Shown here: positions 1-13,643 of the stretch, piece after piece
Position numbering within the stretch: the stretch's first letter is position 1
Layout: each line of letters opens with the position of its first letter
Assembly: GCF_000181795.1 (NCBI RefSeq)
Contig: NW_003526941.1
Location: forward strand, 5,888,099 to 5,921,823
Reading direction: 5' to 3'
DNA length: 33,725 nt
From: Trichinella spiralis
Taxonomy: Eukaryota
Notes under the pieces: model-generated
What the model was told of the DNA's origin: nothing
What the model saw: the letters and a program-made list of their open reading frames with translations, nothing else
Database searches by the model: none
Translations under genes and position numbers: made by a program

Positions 1-1031
1 CGAAGTTTTGTTGAGAAAAAAGCACTTGAAGGTGTGAAAAGCAATTTCGCACATTCTTGGTAATTTTTGATTTGTTTATAGTGTAAACAAAGCATCGATC
101 TTTTGCAGTTACTTATAAACAGCAATGAGCTTATGGAGAACAATGAGAGAAAAGTGAGAGAACGGAATTGAGCTTTTTTATTTATTAACTTTTGAGCAAA
201 GTATATTTTTTAAGGGAACACCGCTGACTGATGACGCGATTGTGGCAAATGCAATGGTGTTTCTGCTTGCTGGTTACGAAACGTCCAGTACAGCTATGGG
301 TTTTGCCGCATGGCTTTTGGCCAAGCATCCAGAAGTGCAGGAAAAACTTCGTCAAGAAGTAAATGTGAAATTCAACGATATTCAGGTTTGGTGTAATACG
401 TTTTCATTGGCTGACTGTAAACGATAGATAAATTTCATAGATTGGGCAGGAGTATGATGTTATTCATGATATGCCATATATGAACGCAGTCATGCAGGAG
501 ACTTTACGATTGTATCCTCCTTTAGTGTTGTAAGTGTATGCTGTAATTTCGCATAAATTTATTCTTTGAAATTATTAATTTATAAGGCTCGTTGTGCGGA
601 CATGTATTAAAGAGTGTACAATTAACGAAATTCCATTTGTGCCTGGTGTTCAAGTTCTTTTTCCGACTTACAGTATCCATCACGATGAAACCATTTGGCC
701 CGAACCAGATCGTTTCCTTCCAGAACGGTATACGTTTTATTATAAATTGGAAAATGGCGGTATATGTTGCTGATTTATTGAATATTTCAGTTTTATTGGT
801 TCCGATTGTGCTCATCATCCAATGGCATGGCTTCCGTTTGGAGCAGGACCGAGAAACTGCATTGGCAAACGATTCGCGGAAATGCAGTTCAAAATTACTA
901 TGGCACATTTGTTGAAACGTTACAGACTTCATCTTTCAGAAGCTGAATCAGAAGATCCGATTAAACTGAAATGCAACGGTGCTACCATTCGACCAAGAAA
1001 TGGCGTTGTAATTAAGTTAAGTCGTTATTGA
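1..1031 (+). CDS. Cytochrome P450, CYP3-clan-like (CYP3A/CYP13-type), 3' part; 5' end lies outside the window
   Basis: Exons ~82-153 (DLLQLLIN), 215-385 (I-helix [10 protein letters not shown]), 441-529 (K-helix ETLR), 587-727 (PDRFLPER), 791-1031 (heme motif [10 protein letters not shown], stop TGA). GT-AG introns keep the frame. Confidence 0.95.
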
Positions 1032-2177
1032 ATTCACTGCCTGATGTAATGCAAAATTTCAACTTCAATTATTTACTTTTCAAACTCGTCAAATCGTAAA
1101 CTGAGTCACTGCCAAACAAAACTAAAAACTACTTACACGCATATTTGAAAAATTATTTGTACTTTTGCATTGTCCAATTGTTCAATTTCTTAGTAACAGG
1201 CAAAAAATTATGTTTGCATTGTTCGTGAAGAATTTCTGTTGAAATTCTCAAAATATTAAATGTTTTGCTCAGTCATATTTAATTAAATAAAACTTGACGT
1301 TGACAATGGCTAAATTTGACGGCTCTTTTTAAATGTAATTATTGATTTGTTTATTTTCGGCGATTTCATTTTTCGTAAATTTGAACTCTCAAAGCGTTTT
1401 CTTCCAATTCAAATTCTTTCGGAACTTTATTTCGATTAGCTATACAGTACATTACATTAATACAATCAAGTTGTGAATTTTGATTATCGTTGTAATTTGA
1501 AACTTACATGAACCAACAAAACTAATTATTAAAAATTCGTAAATTTGAAAAATAAAGCTTCACTTTAACAAATTCGTATCAGTTGATTATGTAAAAATAT
1601 GTATACTATAATGGACAATAGTTTGAAACATTTCAGCAGTAAATTCTAGATATAGCATTATTTGGGTTTTGTTCAATGTTTTTACTTGTATTTGTAAAAA
1701 ACATCTACTACTACTACACTGTAAACTGAAGTAGTTTGCTCGCAAAGAAAGCGCTTTATTGCTAATAACATGTAACGTTTAAGAAGCAAAAAAAACAGTA
1801 ATTTGAAGAAAATTTTAATTTATATAATAAGGGATGAAATATAATAAAAATTATCAAATCAAATATTGCTAAAAGAAGAATAATAAAGCTCAATTGCTTC
1901 TTTCATTATTATACATTGTCAGTGTATTCCATTTGTTACTATATGTAAAATAATATTTTATATCATGTATTAAATATTAATTGAGCAATTGTCTTCGGGC
2001 TTAATATTTAACTGGAAAGTTTATTAAACATTATACAGTAACGCATTTACTGTATTTTATTTGTTCTTGAATATCAAATAAATTGCTCTCTATCAATAAC
2101 AGCGTGTGGTTTTCGTTGTTGTTGTAGTTTTGTTTTAGTGAATTATTTTATATAATTTATAAGAAAGTTATTTACGA

Positions 2178-4615
2178 ATGGCCAACACAGCAGTTGTGTC
2201 CATGCCGATGGTTCAAGAAGAATGTTCTCCAGGGAGACAGTCAGTATCTTTGCAGAATTTGATGGAAAATTCAAAGTCTAAAGTGAATGATCAAATGGGG
2301 AACGGAAATTTGTATACTTCGAAAAGTGGGACTGGCATGGTGAGTTCTGAAGATTTGGGGGATATTTTGGATATGCAGTGTGAACTGTGTCTGGAAACAT
2401 TCCGTAACAAGAAGGAACGTCTTTTTCACATGCGTAACGTTCACGATGCTGAGAAGCCGTATCGTTGTCGTTTGTGCGGTAAAAGTTTTCCATACTGGTC
2501 GTCTTTACACAACCACAGGCGGCTTCATCTTCCGGATCGACCTTTTGTTTGTTCGATCTGTTCATCTTGCTTTCGTTGGAAGTTTTGCCTGAAACAGCAT
2601 ATAATTGCTTCACATTCTAATGAAGTGAGTAAAAGTCAGATGATTTTTTCTTTTCAAGCACTTTTGTAACATTTAGAAAGGAAAAGCAGTAGGATCATTT
2701 AGACAGAAAGTGGTAATTGAAAAATAAGTTTTAATTATTTGTTGAATAATTATATTATTCATGCTCTTTAGATGAAAGAAGAGCTGACAACTGTGGATGT
2801 TGTATGTCTTTTATTAGTTTAATTTAAATGTTGAATCTGTTTTAAGCGACTTAATTAATACTAAGTTATTGTGATCTTTAGTTGGAAACTCGGTCCGCTT
2901 CAAATGATTCCATGGAAGAATTTTCAAGCACGGTAAATGCCTTTTCAATTTATGCTTTATCGTACTTTTCACTGAGAAATTGTTTCAGATCTATCCGGAT
3001 TATAAAATGGTTGAAGTATGGATGAAAATTTGATAGCGGTTTGGATTTTTGTATGGTTTCAAATTTTTTTTTCATTATAGAAAGTATCTCAAACTGGTTC
3101 TTTCGTTTCGGAAATTCCAACAGTATGTACTTTCAATTTTAACATATTTTTGTTAGTTAAATTATTATTTCAAGCGTACCTCTTTTGCATAATTTTATAA
3201 TTGTTTATGACAGTAATTTGATTTTGCAATACAATCAATGCAGTATGATAACGTGATTGAAATGCTGTTACGTTAGAAGAACGTCAGCAAATATTCTTAA
3301 GCTTTACCGTATTTTATAAATATGTATAATAATGAAACTTATTGTATTTCACTGCATTTCAGGTAAGCAGTAGCGGTGTTCCGACGGCAGTACTTAGTAA
3401 AACAGATGTCAATCAAAAAACGGTTCTTTCGAAAGATTCACAGATGAAGATTCGAATTCGAATTGACTCGGTAGGCTTTTTAATTTTTATTTTTGCTTTG
3501 AAAATGATGACATATGAAACGTCTAGTGGATTATAATTTGATATTTAATATGAAAATGTTATTAATTTATTATGAACCAGAACAATTCTTTTTTTTTCTT
3601 TGATCAAATCAAATTTTTAATTTAAGATATAGCGTTTTGCATTATGAAAGAAACATCAATGAAGTTGAAAAATAGTTGTTCAAACAATTTAATTGTAATA
3701 TAATATATAACTGTGTGATAATCATTCGTGATGAAAGTAGTAAATAAAATGTTTATTCTAATAATGCACACAGCTTTAAATTAAACACATTCAGACTGTG
3801 AAATTTTATTATTTTATTTTATACTTTATTGGCGTCTTGAAAGTTTTGATACTTTTATCAAAATAGAAGTTTTCTATAGTATTTTCATATGATTAGCAGA
3901 ATTTTTATTACACAAAGTATAAATGTGATAATCTTTTCGTTATTCATTGTTTTGTTTAAGAAAGGCAACAAGCTTAATTTGATTTCAATGAAGCCTCATT
4001 TGAAGGTAGGTGAAAATTGGATAAATTTTTTGAAAAAAAAAAACTTATATTAAAAGTGGTGTTTAGAAATCCAGCATTAGCCCGTGTGCGACTCCTGAAC
4101 AGAATTCCGGTCAAAATGGGCAATTTGATAAGGATGTATGTAAATTCTCTTTTTTTTAATTCGATTGTTTCAAAGATGTTTTTTTCTTGATAATTTGATT
4201 TTTCTTGGTCGATGATTTCAGGAAGAAATGAACGATGTGGCAACAATTCAGGCGACAAATAATTTTATCCCATCCCATCAAGGGGGAAAACAAAGCGATG
4301 TAAATTTTCAACTATGCAAATGCTGTTTACTTATTTATTTATTTGTTTATTTATTATAATGATGTATAAATTGAGGTTCGGGTTGGTTCGAGAATAGAAA
4401 AACTCGCTTCACGTTTGAGACGATCGTTTGAATTTGGTGACGAGCCAGTGAATCAGATGAAGGCGAGACGAACTTCAGACGCTTCGGTGCAGACTTCTTA
4501 CGACGAGAGCTTCTCCGCCGGTTGCAGTGGTATGATGGTTGCAATGATGCAGAACATTAACAAACGCTTGGATAAAATTGAAGAGCTTCTAGCATCTTCT
4601 CTGAAACAAATTTAG
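2178..4615 (+). CDS. C2H2 zinc-finger protein (3 fingers) with micro-exon-encoded low-complexity region and C-terminal coiled-coil, ~378 aa
   Basis: Exon 1 2178-2624 encodes CELC..HMRNVH, CRLC..HRRLH, CSIC..HIIASH with EKPY/DRPF linkers. Stop-free phase-0 exons follow at 2772-2801, 2882-2932, 2989-3015, 3081-3122, 3363-3470, 3961-4005, 4067-4135, 4222-4299, and the last exon is 4376-4615 (MMQNINKRLDKIEELL). The zinc-finger exon is secure; joining the downstream exons is inferred from splice signals and frame. Confidence 0.8.
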
Positions 4616-4952
4616 TCAATTACTTTTTTCCCGTCATATTTTACTTTCTATTTTTTTTGGCAGCGGTTCCGCTTTTTATTTCACATTTAAATAATTGTTT
4701 TGTTTATTTATAATAATAATAATGATCGATGATGATGATTATTATTCTTATTATTAATATTTTTAGTTTTTCTCTTTGCTTGTTTAGTGTATATTAAAGA
4801 TGTTTTAATGGGTAATTATCGTTCGTTTTTCGAAGCGTTGTGCGTCTTTTGTTTTTTTTTTGCTTCTGCTTTTACTACTTTTAGCATGCTGTTGACTGCT
4901 TTTCATCTGCATGCCGTTTAAGTTTGAATGAATCCAGGCGCGTTTGACGCGG

Positions 4953-6272
4953 ATGCATTTTTGGTGGAAATTTGCTTTGATCATCGTTGCAGCATTATTT
5001 ATGGTCACTTTGTTTTATAAAGGTTCAACATGGAGTAAGAATATGAATAATATTTTTTCAAACTCCACATTCGATTTGTACGGCGAAAACATATTTATTG
5101 TTCAGGCGAAAAGCCGCCACTAGCAGAAGGTTCTTTGGACGAATGGAACCTGCAGAATGCGGTATTTTTGTACAACAGGATACCGAAGACTGGTTCCACA
5201 TCTTTGATGGGAATCATTTATGAGCTCTGTCAAAAGAATAGCTTTCACGTGATTCATTTGAACATGTCGAGAAATAGTCACGTCATGACACCTTGGGATC
5301 AGGTGCATTTTGCTGGCAATTTTTCCAACTGGACCCAACGCAAGCCTGCTTTTTATCACGGTCACGTGGCTTACATCGATTTTACAAAGTCACTACTCAG
5401 TTGATTGTTTTGTACGAGATTCTTTTTGATATTTTCTGCTTTTAGATTTGGGATGAAAAATCCCATTTACTTGAACGTTGTCCGAGATCCATTGGAAAGG
5501 ATGATTTCTTATTATTATTTTCTTCGATACGGGGACGATTTTCGACCTCATTTGAGTCGAAAACGCAAAGGAAACAACGAGGTTTAATGCTTTATCTCGT
5601 TATTTGTTATATTTTTTTTTGAATTTTTGAAAATTCATTGAAGACGTTCGACGAATGCGTTAAGCGCAAAGGGCGCGACTGCGATCCTGCCAATTTGTGG
5701 TTACAAATACCATTTTTTTGTGGTCATCATGCTGACTGTTGGTCCGTAACATTATTGGATGGACGATAGATAAATCGGCTTTGAAATAAAGTTCCTTCCT
5801 TGTTTTATTTGATAAAAATTCAAATTCTCTTCAGGATACCGGGAAATGTTTGGGCTTTAGAAAGGGCCAAAAACACACTGCTTGATCATTACATGCTGGT
5901 TGGTGTGAGTGAAGAATTGCAAGATTTCGTCGAATTGTTGGAACTTATTTTTCCTGATTTTTTTTCCGGCGCTACCGTAATCTATTCTCAAGGTTGATAT
6001 TTTCCTTTTGTTCAACTTTTCCTTTCAATTCAATTCAATTCAATTTGTCAGGTCGAAAATCGTACTTGAGAAAAACAGTGAAAAAAATTCCACCATCCGA
6101 GCAAACGTTGGCGCAAATTCGACAATCACCAATTTGGAAAATGGAGCAGGATTTTTACGAATTTGCCAAGCGACAGTTTCACTTTTTGAAGTTGATCAAA
6201 ACTAGGTTGGGCGGGAAACGTGAAATTGGTTATCATTATGAAAAAGTTAAACCGACGTTAGTTTCAAACTGA
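4953..6272 (+). CDS. hst-2: Heparan sulfate 2-O-sulfotransferase (HS2ST1 orthologue)
   Basis: Exons 4953-5034 (type II TM anchor [22 protein letters not shown]), 5106-5388 (5'-[24 protein letters not shown]), 5446-5581 (3'-[21 protein letters not shown]), 5644-5741 ([11 protein letters not shown]), 5835-5992 (WALERAK), 6052-6272 (YEKVKP). Confidence 0.96.
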
Positions 6273-6746
6273 AATTTTCAGCATTGTTTTCGGAATTTCT
6301 ATCGCTTATTAGTTGCAATTTCAAACAGCTGTATGCTGATTTTTATTTGTAAAAGATGAACGATCAATTGGATAAATAACAGCAATTTTTTGTACGTAAA
6401 TTCTCCATTCAGCGCAAATAATGCCTACTTTTCACTAACTATTCTGTCCAATCATGTAATTTGCATATCGCTTGTAGTACGGTATGTTTTGAATTAGTAG
6501 TGCTTTTACTAATTTCATTAATTTTGGGAAAATAAGTAACTTTGCCAACTGTTGATTGTAAAATATTCTACAGAAACAAACTTCCATTACAGTGTTTTGC
6601 AGATGGCTGCATGTTTGCAAAATTTACATTAAACATCAAAAACAAATAGCGAAGTTCACTTAAGAGCTTATCGTATGCAGTTGTTCGTTATTTTCATGAT
6701 TTATTTTTTATCATTTGTATTTCTAATGTACTTTTTATAGTTACTC

Positions 6747-7732
6747 ATGTTTATCCGTTTTTACGTACATGCCGGGTATTTGCTGACATTTTGTTCCAGT
6801 ATTTTTTTTCTGTATTATACTTTCTGGATCTTGATTTTGGTAAGAGCTGTTGTTATTTTAAGTGTTCAAAGCAGTTGGTATAGAACTAATAAATTCAAAT
6901 AACACCTTACACAAGTGAAAAAAATTTTTGAAACTATTTATTAAGAAATCTCTAGTAGTTTAATATGATGAAATAGTATATAAGATTTCGCTTTATCATT
7001 CTTATTGTAAATTATAATTAAAATTCCCCGTTGTAATTTAAAATTGACAAAAATTAAATTAGACATGAATTTTTATAAACTATTGTATTCGTGTAAATTT
7101 TGTAATTCAGGTTCAATTTCGCATTATACCGTATTAACTACTGTTGTAATTGCTTTTATGAATTTTTTTATCACTATTTATAAACTGTTGCATTTGATTT
7201 TAATATGAAAAATAATAATAATTAATATGTAGTTTTAATGGTTCACATTATTCATTTATATTCTATCGTTTGTAATATTTGTTTACTTTCTTTTGTCAGT
7301 TTTAAATGGAAATTTTTTTTGTAGCCTTTTGTTGAACAGTGTCATCCGGTTCGTCGTTTCTTTCCTTCCAGTTGGTACGGTTTGATCATTCCATGCATTG
7401 GCTTAGTTGCATTTTTCCTCGTGCTATGTATGTGTTAATAACATGTTTATTTTTTTAACGTTTTTTTTCTTTGTATTTTAAAACTTTTTGAATAGAACAA
7501 GGGACTGGTTATGCTTTTTTTCTTATTTTTTCACAAGTATCATTATGCAGTTAGTTCTGTTTAATAATCAATGCTTGATAATTTTGAGTGCACGAATTTA
7601 TTCAATTTTATGAACGATAAAAGTGGATAGATTTGTTTAATTATTTTTTTTGGTAATTTTGTATTTCTGTGTTTAGTGTGCATCTTGATTCATTCTGTTT
7701 ATATTGGTGCGGCCAGAAGGTCTTCTCGATGA
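6747..7732 (+). CDS. DPM2: Dolichol-phosphate mannose synthase regulatory subunit DPM2 (~83 aa, two TM segments)
   Basis: Exon 6747-6839 (..SSIFFLYYTFWILIL) + 7325-7427 (PFVEQCHPVRRFFPSSWYGLIIPCIGLVAFFLVL) matches the DPM2 pattern YYTxWxxxLPFxxxxHxxxxxFxP. The probable third exon 7677-7732 (LCILIHSVYIGAARRSSR*) is less certain. Not in the ORF track. Confidence 0.88.
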
Positions 7733-8321
7733 GAACAACTTACTGTACATGCGTTTGATTGATTGTTGGTATCCATTTGGAAAGTTGTCGTCGAACAAAA
7801 TTGGACCTCTTTTTTGCCAGGTACGATTATTTTTAAATATTCTTGAAAATGAATGAAGTTCTGATAAGTTTTTCATGCGGGTTTATTTTGATTTTCTTCT
7901 TTACTTCTCTACAATTTTTCTGTTTTATTTGAAAAAAGGATAAGAAAATTTGTTTAATTTTCAATGTAATATAATCTGCGGAACTGGTTTGATTGATATT
8001 CATTCGTCTTTTGTCTTTGGCAAAGAAAAATAATAATACGTCTTTGGTTCACTGATTTCATCTAGTGATAGAAGTGTTGTATTTGGTTGAAATTACTGTA
8101 CGGCCATTTGTCGTTTTCGGCTTTTTCTTCTGAGCAATTTGAAAATTATTACAATTGAAATTAATTGTCTGACTTCTGAATTCTGCAGGATAATTGAATT
8201 GCATGTAAAATGAACATCACAAATGTTCAATTTCAACTATTTTAATGTCTGTTATAAACACATTTATATATTTTTTATGAAAGAATTAATGAACAAAAAA
8301 ATTATTCAAAAAAGAAAAACG

Positions 8322-9748
8322 TTACACATTATAACTAATAGGATTGACAGATAAGACGACGATGTTATCATCCATTATCATGGGATTGGCACTTCTGGCC
8401 ATCCATTCAATACTTGTTTCTATTTTGTAAAATAGCAGAAGATCGTTTGTAAAATTTCTTGTATAATGACCACTGAATAAAGCGTAAAGAAACACTCGAC
8501 CTGCTGATGATAACAGTAAAGCACTTCCGATGTCTACCTGAATTACAAAACTTCCTGTAGTTTGGGATATGTTGATTAAATTTAAATTTTCATTCTTCAG
8601 TATACAAAATAAATAGAAACGAACCACTTACAGTTACTTTGGCTTTGTATAAATATCTATCAGCAAAACGACCGCAAACGTGATGTTCAATGTTGAATGC
8701 TGGTATAACTTCTTCGCATAGTTCTTTTGGAAGTACACGTACTGGAATTTGTTGTAAACTATTGCTTATACGATTTGTTTCTATTTAATTAATAATGACA
8801 TGAGGATGATAATAAGTTCGACTGATGTGGAAAAAAAAAGTTTTGCATTTACTGTCGATTAAATTCCATCCCAACAGAGGTAGCACATCTCCAGTATACA
8901 TAGGTATATCTGGTTCCGGTATGCAAACTGGTTGTATTGTTTTACTGAACAATACTTGAGTTTGCAGCGTTACCAGTGCTAAATCTCTGATCATGCGATA
9001 ATTTTCTAATTCAGCTATTGTAACGTATTTGATGCCCAAAATTAATGCAGAATGTTTCGATTTCATGTCATGGGCACCCAAAACGACTTCAAAATGTGTG
9101 TGATCTATACGATGTCTGTAAATGTGATCGAAATTTCAATGATTAATATTTTATACAGTTAGTTGATGAGCACGTATCTCATTACCCTGTACTATTGATG
9201 AAGCACTGAGCGGATGTGATAACTAATTCACTTCCGTGAATGTTTGTTGATAACATGATTAGCACACCTCCACAAGTTCTATATTTGCTGATGAGTGCAA
9301 CGCTCCACGGATAAGAGTGCGGTCTGGCTGTTAGGTGCTTGGTGATGGTAGAAGCGTTAGATACAGTGTATTCTCTTCTGGGTTCGACGTATGATTCACC
9401 ACACAATTCTTTTGTTACTGAGTTAGAATTTAAACTTTTAAACATGTTTAATGCAGCTCTATGCATTTTTTGTATTTATTATTAAGTTTATTCAAATATT
9501 TTATACATGAAGTGCGTATACATTCCAGTAACATTAGTAGTTGAAAAAATGTAATGTTATGAATTTTTTCATCACATGAACATAGTGTTTATTCTTGGTC
9601 TTTTCTTTATTTTTAATGTCTTTTATTATTATAATTATTATTATGTTAATTTTATATTTTGTGAACCAATGGAAATGGGAAATATTTTCTTACCTGCTGA
9701 ATAAGCGATGAATAGTGTGATGAAAACTGTTATATTGATTTTAAGCAT
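8322..9748 (-). CDS. Secreted trypsin-like (S1A) serine protease homologue, catalytically inactive, copy 1
   Basis: Exons 9748-9694 (signal peptide MLKINITVFITLFIAYSA), 9417-9186 (ELCG..PHSYPWSV..CGGVLI..VITSAQCF), 9115-8853 (RDLALVTL..IQPVCIP), 8780-8632, ~8537-8322 (VDIGSAL). His57 is Gln, Ser195 is Ile. Confidence 0.9.
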
Positions 9749-10494
9749 TTTTTGGTTTGTCTGATTTAGCCTTGAAATGTCGACTGAAAGTCGTTCATCT
9801 CAATTTAAACAGTTATAATTATGCCAATTTTACCCATTGTTTTCATGGCTCCGTCTCTAATTGCACAGCTGAAGGCGTTGCTCATTTGGCAACATTTATT
9901 TATATCCAAAATTAATTAAAAATTTTTCGATTTACTTTAAATTAAACTATTTAAATTTAGCTGACAAGTAGAAAATAGATTTGGTTAAATTGAATCAATT
10001 GTAAGGCAATTTAAGAATGTTCTCGAATGTTATGTTAGCACAGTTTTATAATTTCAGTATTATCAGTGAATGAATGAACACAACAATTTTGCAATAACAA
10101 TTATTTTGAAAAGTTACACACATGGCATAGGAGACTTTGAATTGGAATAATCAAAATAGCATAATTTTTTTATTTTTCTAATAGCATAATTTTCAAAATC
10201 ATACATCAAAAATTAAATATCATAACTTCATTTTTTGTTGTACAGTGTTTAATAAAAAGTATAATGAATGAACATTCTAATTGCAGAATGTAAAATTTAG
10301 TTTTTTAAATGTATTTTTTAGCAAGAATAAGCAATTAATTTTTAGTAACAAAGATTATTATTTTTCATTTATGTAGCATTACTTAGTAGAAGTAAAGTAG
10401 AGGAATTTTGTTTGTAGATGAATTTGGCTAGGTTGATTGAAAACTTTATTAATTTACTGTTACTGTTATATTGTATTATATATTATCTGTGATA

Positions 10495-11090
10495 TTAGGA
10501 ATGAAGGTAAACTACTTGTATCTCACTGAAAGTGCTAAAAGCGGGATCGGCTGATCGCAGCAGCCATTCGGTGGAATATTGGATTCTGTTGAAGAGAAAA
10601 ATATCATTTTCAGCCGATGATGATGAAAGATGCCCACTGAACAGGCCATATAGGAAGGACTGATTGGCAGTTTCTGCAGACAGAATACTTCCAATGTCCA
10701 CCTAGGATATAGTTATTCAGATGTAGATTTATGCTTGTTTCAATGCGACCATAAGAAATTATCATAAATTTATTGAATTTCGAATTCAGTGGGCGAAAGT
10801 TGTTTATTATTTTGCCATTGTTAGTGTAATTGTTCATTGCATATGAAGCTTACCGATAGTTTGAGAGCTTTTATTGCAGGATCGAATATTGAGCCACAGA
10901 TATGTTTGCTGGGGGAATAGTTTTGAAAAACTTCTTCACATTCTTCGTGGGAATGATGTAAAATGGCAATTTGTTGTAAAACTACACTTTTCCGCATAGA
11001 ATTCGAATCTGTTTAAAAAATTAAATGAGATTTCTTGTTTATTCTTCGTTTAAAAGTGATAGACTGAAAGGAATATTTCCATTCTCTTGG

Positions 11091-11129
<39 letters not shown>

Positions 11130-11968
11130 TACCCGGTGATAGGTTCCAGCCAACCATTGGGAAAATACTACTTTCTGGTATTATAAAATCACCAACCGGT
11201 AGACAAATTGGTTGAATTCGATCATTGAAACGTACAGTTGTCTCCAAAGTGATTAATGCGAAATCTGGCCCCATCGTGGACCGATCGAATGCACTCAATG
11301 TCACTTGCTTGATGCCGACGACCATTTGTTCCCGCCTACGTGATAAAATGTGCGCTCCTAGAATCACTTCGTAGTTGTCGTGATTGATATACCTTTAAAA
11401 AAGGAAAAAAAACAAATTTTTAATGTAATAATTTTTTCTTTGTTTCGAATTTTGTAAAATTACTACTTGTCATTTTTGTCAAGAAAACACTGTGCCGCTG
11501 TAAGTACATGTTCTCCATACAAATAGCTGTACGGCATCGCGACTAAAGCACCGCCGCATGTACGATTTTTGCTTTTTATAATTACACTCCAAGGAAAGGA
11601 ATGTGGAAGAGCGTGCACGTAGTCTCTTATATTTTCCTCCACGTTTGTCTCATTTGGCATTAAATAGTAGAGTTTGCGTTGTGGAAATTTCTCTACACCA
11701 CATTCGTTATCTACACGAAAAATTAATTCTCTTAAAAAATTTCTTTCACTTTCTATCCTACTGCAACACTGTGATAAATTTAATGAATTTGCATTTATTT
11801 ATATCAAAAAGAAAGAAAGAAAGAATATTTTTTAATAGCGGAAATGCAAGTGCAGTTAATTAATGGGGGAGTATTCATTTTATACTTACTGATGGCGTTG
11901 TCAGTGCTTAGAAGAAACGCACAAGTGATGAAAATGAAATGATAGCAGTGATTGCACATATGCTTCAT
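10495..11968 (-). CDS. Secreted trypsin-like serine protease homologue, inactive, copy 2
   Basis: Exons 11968-11890 (signal peptide), 11710-11467 (ECG..PHSFPWSV..CGGALV..VLTAAQCF), 11392-11133 (PDFALITL..IQPICLP), 11008-10854, 10701-10495 (VDIGSIL). Confidence 0.9.
11092..11124. repeat. (TAT)n microsatellite in intron 3 of protease homologue 2
   Basis: Direct reading. It produces the spurious poly-Asn in ORF 11050-11367. Confidence 0.9.
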
Positions 11969-12466
11969 TTCTTTGCTTGGTCGAAAAAATGTGGAAAATT
12001 TGATATTAATGGTGAAATTTATTTCAACGATTTTTGATTTCAAATTTATATATTATGAATGTTGTGATCTTCAAACGAATATTTAATGATGCACATTTTT
12101 GTCAACTGACGATTATAATTTTTGATATTGATTTGTTCAATTCAAGCAGAGCGGAGTAAAATAATTGGCTAATATTTGAATGTTGAACAGTTTATTGGTT
12201 ATTTTATTTTAAATGATTATAATTTCGGATATTCTTGGAAAAAAATTTACAAGTGAAATTGATACAGTTTTTTCTTGTCTTCTTTTGAATGGAATAAGGA
12301 GAATAGTGTAATAATTTGTTTTTCGCATGTTGATGCAATTTTGAGTAGTTTGGCTATTTTCAATTGATGATTTCAAATTGAAAAACAAATTTTAATTTTT
12401 ACTCTCAAAATATATTTATTAGTATAATATTTTTTGTGAAAAATGAAGCAGTAAAAACAAGGTTGA

Positions 12467-13605
12467 TTATCTTTTTTTGCGTTGTGGTTTCTTTATGTTT
12501 ACTGTCGTCAGAACTATGGAACTGCCGTCTACTATAAAAGAGGACGGATTCGAAGAACGAATTATCCATTCTACGGCTGTGGAAACTTTGCTAAACAGTA
12601 ATATACTTCCCGTTTTATTTGGGAACGTCGCATGTCCGTTAAATGTTCCCACCACGTACAAAGCATCCTCGTTTGAGCCAACCAACGGACTTCCGTAATC
12701 GACCTGAGTGGAAAGGAGAAAAATGCAACAGTACAGAAATTAAAATTAAAAAATCATCCTTTATTTATCAGCTTACGTTTTTGGTGATGTTGAAGAGATA
12801 AGGATCAACGTATCGTCCGCACATGTGATCATGGGTTGAGAAATAGGCGAATATGTTCTTGCAAGTTGACGGTTTTATAACGAATACCGGCATTTGCATT
12901 AAAAATGGAACTTTCGTACTTGGAAATCCTTTCAGTTATTGCAAGTGCAGTAATTAAAATCGAATTTAATAAGGTGAAAGCGATGAATTAATTTTGATCT
13001 TGATCTTACCGTCGCCATCGATCGTATTCCAGCCAACTAACCACAGTATAGCTGGTGTTGTGAATTCGACGTCCTTTTCCGGCAAGCATATGGGTCGAAT
13101 TTTTTCTGAGATTTCGACATTGCCATGAAGTGTGACCACAGCTAGATCTTTATGGTAATCATTTTCGGTGAACGGGGTTGTGGTGACATGTTTCACTCCC
13201 ACTGTCAGTGTATCTCTGCTGATCGGTAACTTGTGTGCCCCGAGATGAACTTTCACATTTGCATGATCGACCCTTTCACTTTAGAGAGAATTAATTTATT
13301 GTCAAATTAATTATATTTATTTCCTAATTCTCAAGATTCCTAGTCAAAACGACAACATACTTGAAATTTTTGAAAAAGCATTGTGATGATGTGAGAACAG
13401 TGTCGGTGTAATTGAAATCGTCATTCAAGCGGATCAAAACGCCGCCGCACATGGTGACATCTGCTTGGACAATTACATTCCATGGCATTGATTTTGGCAC
13501 AGCCATTACCTTTTTGAAATTTGGCGGATAGCCAACGCGTGGTACAGCTTCAAGTCTTTTAGCAGTTGCTTTTCCGCATGGAATATCTGCATTAGATAAT
13601 ACATG

Positions 13606-13643
<38 letters not shown>

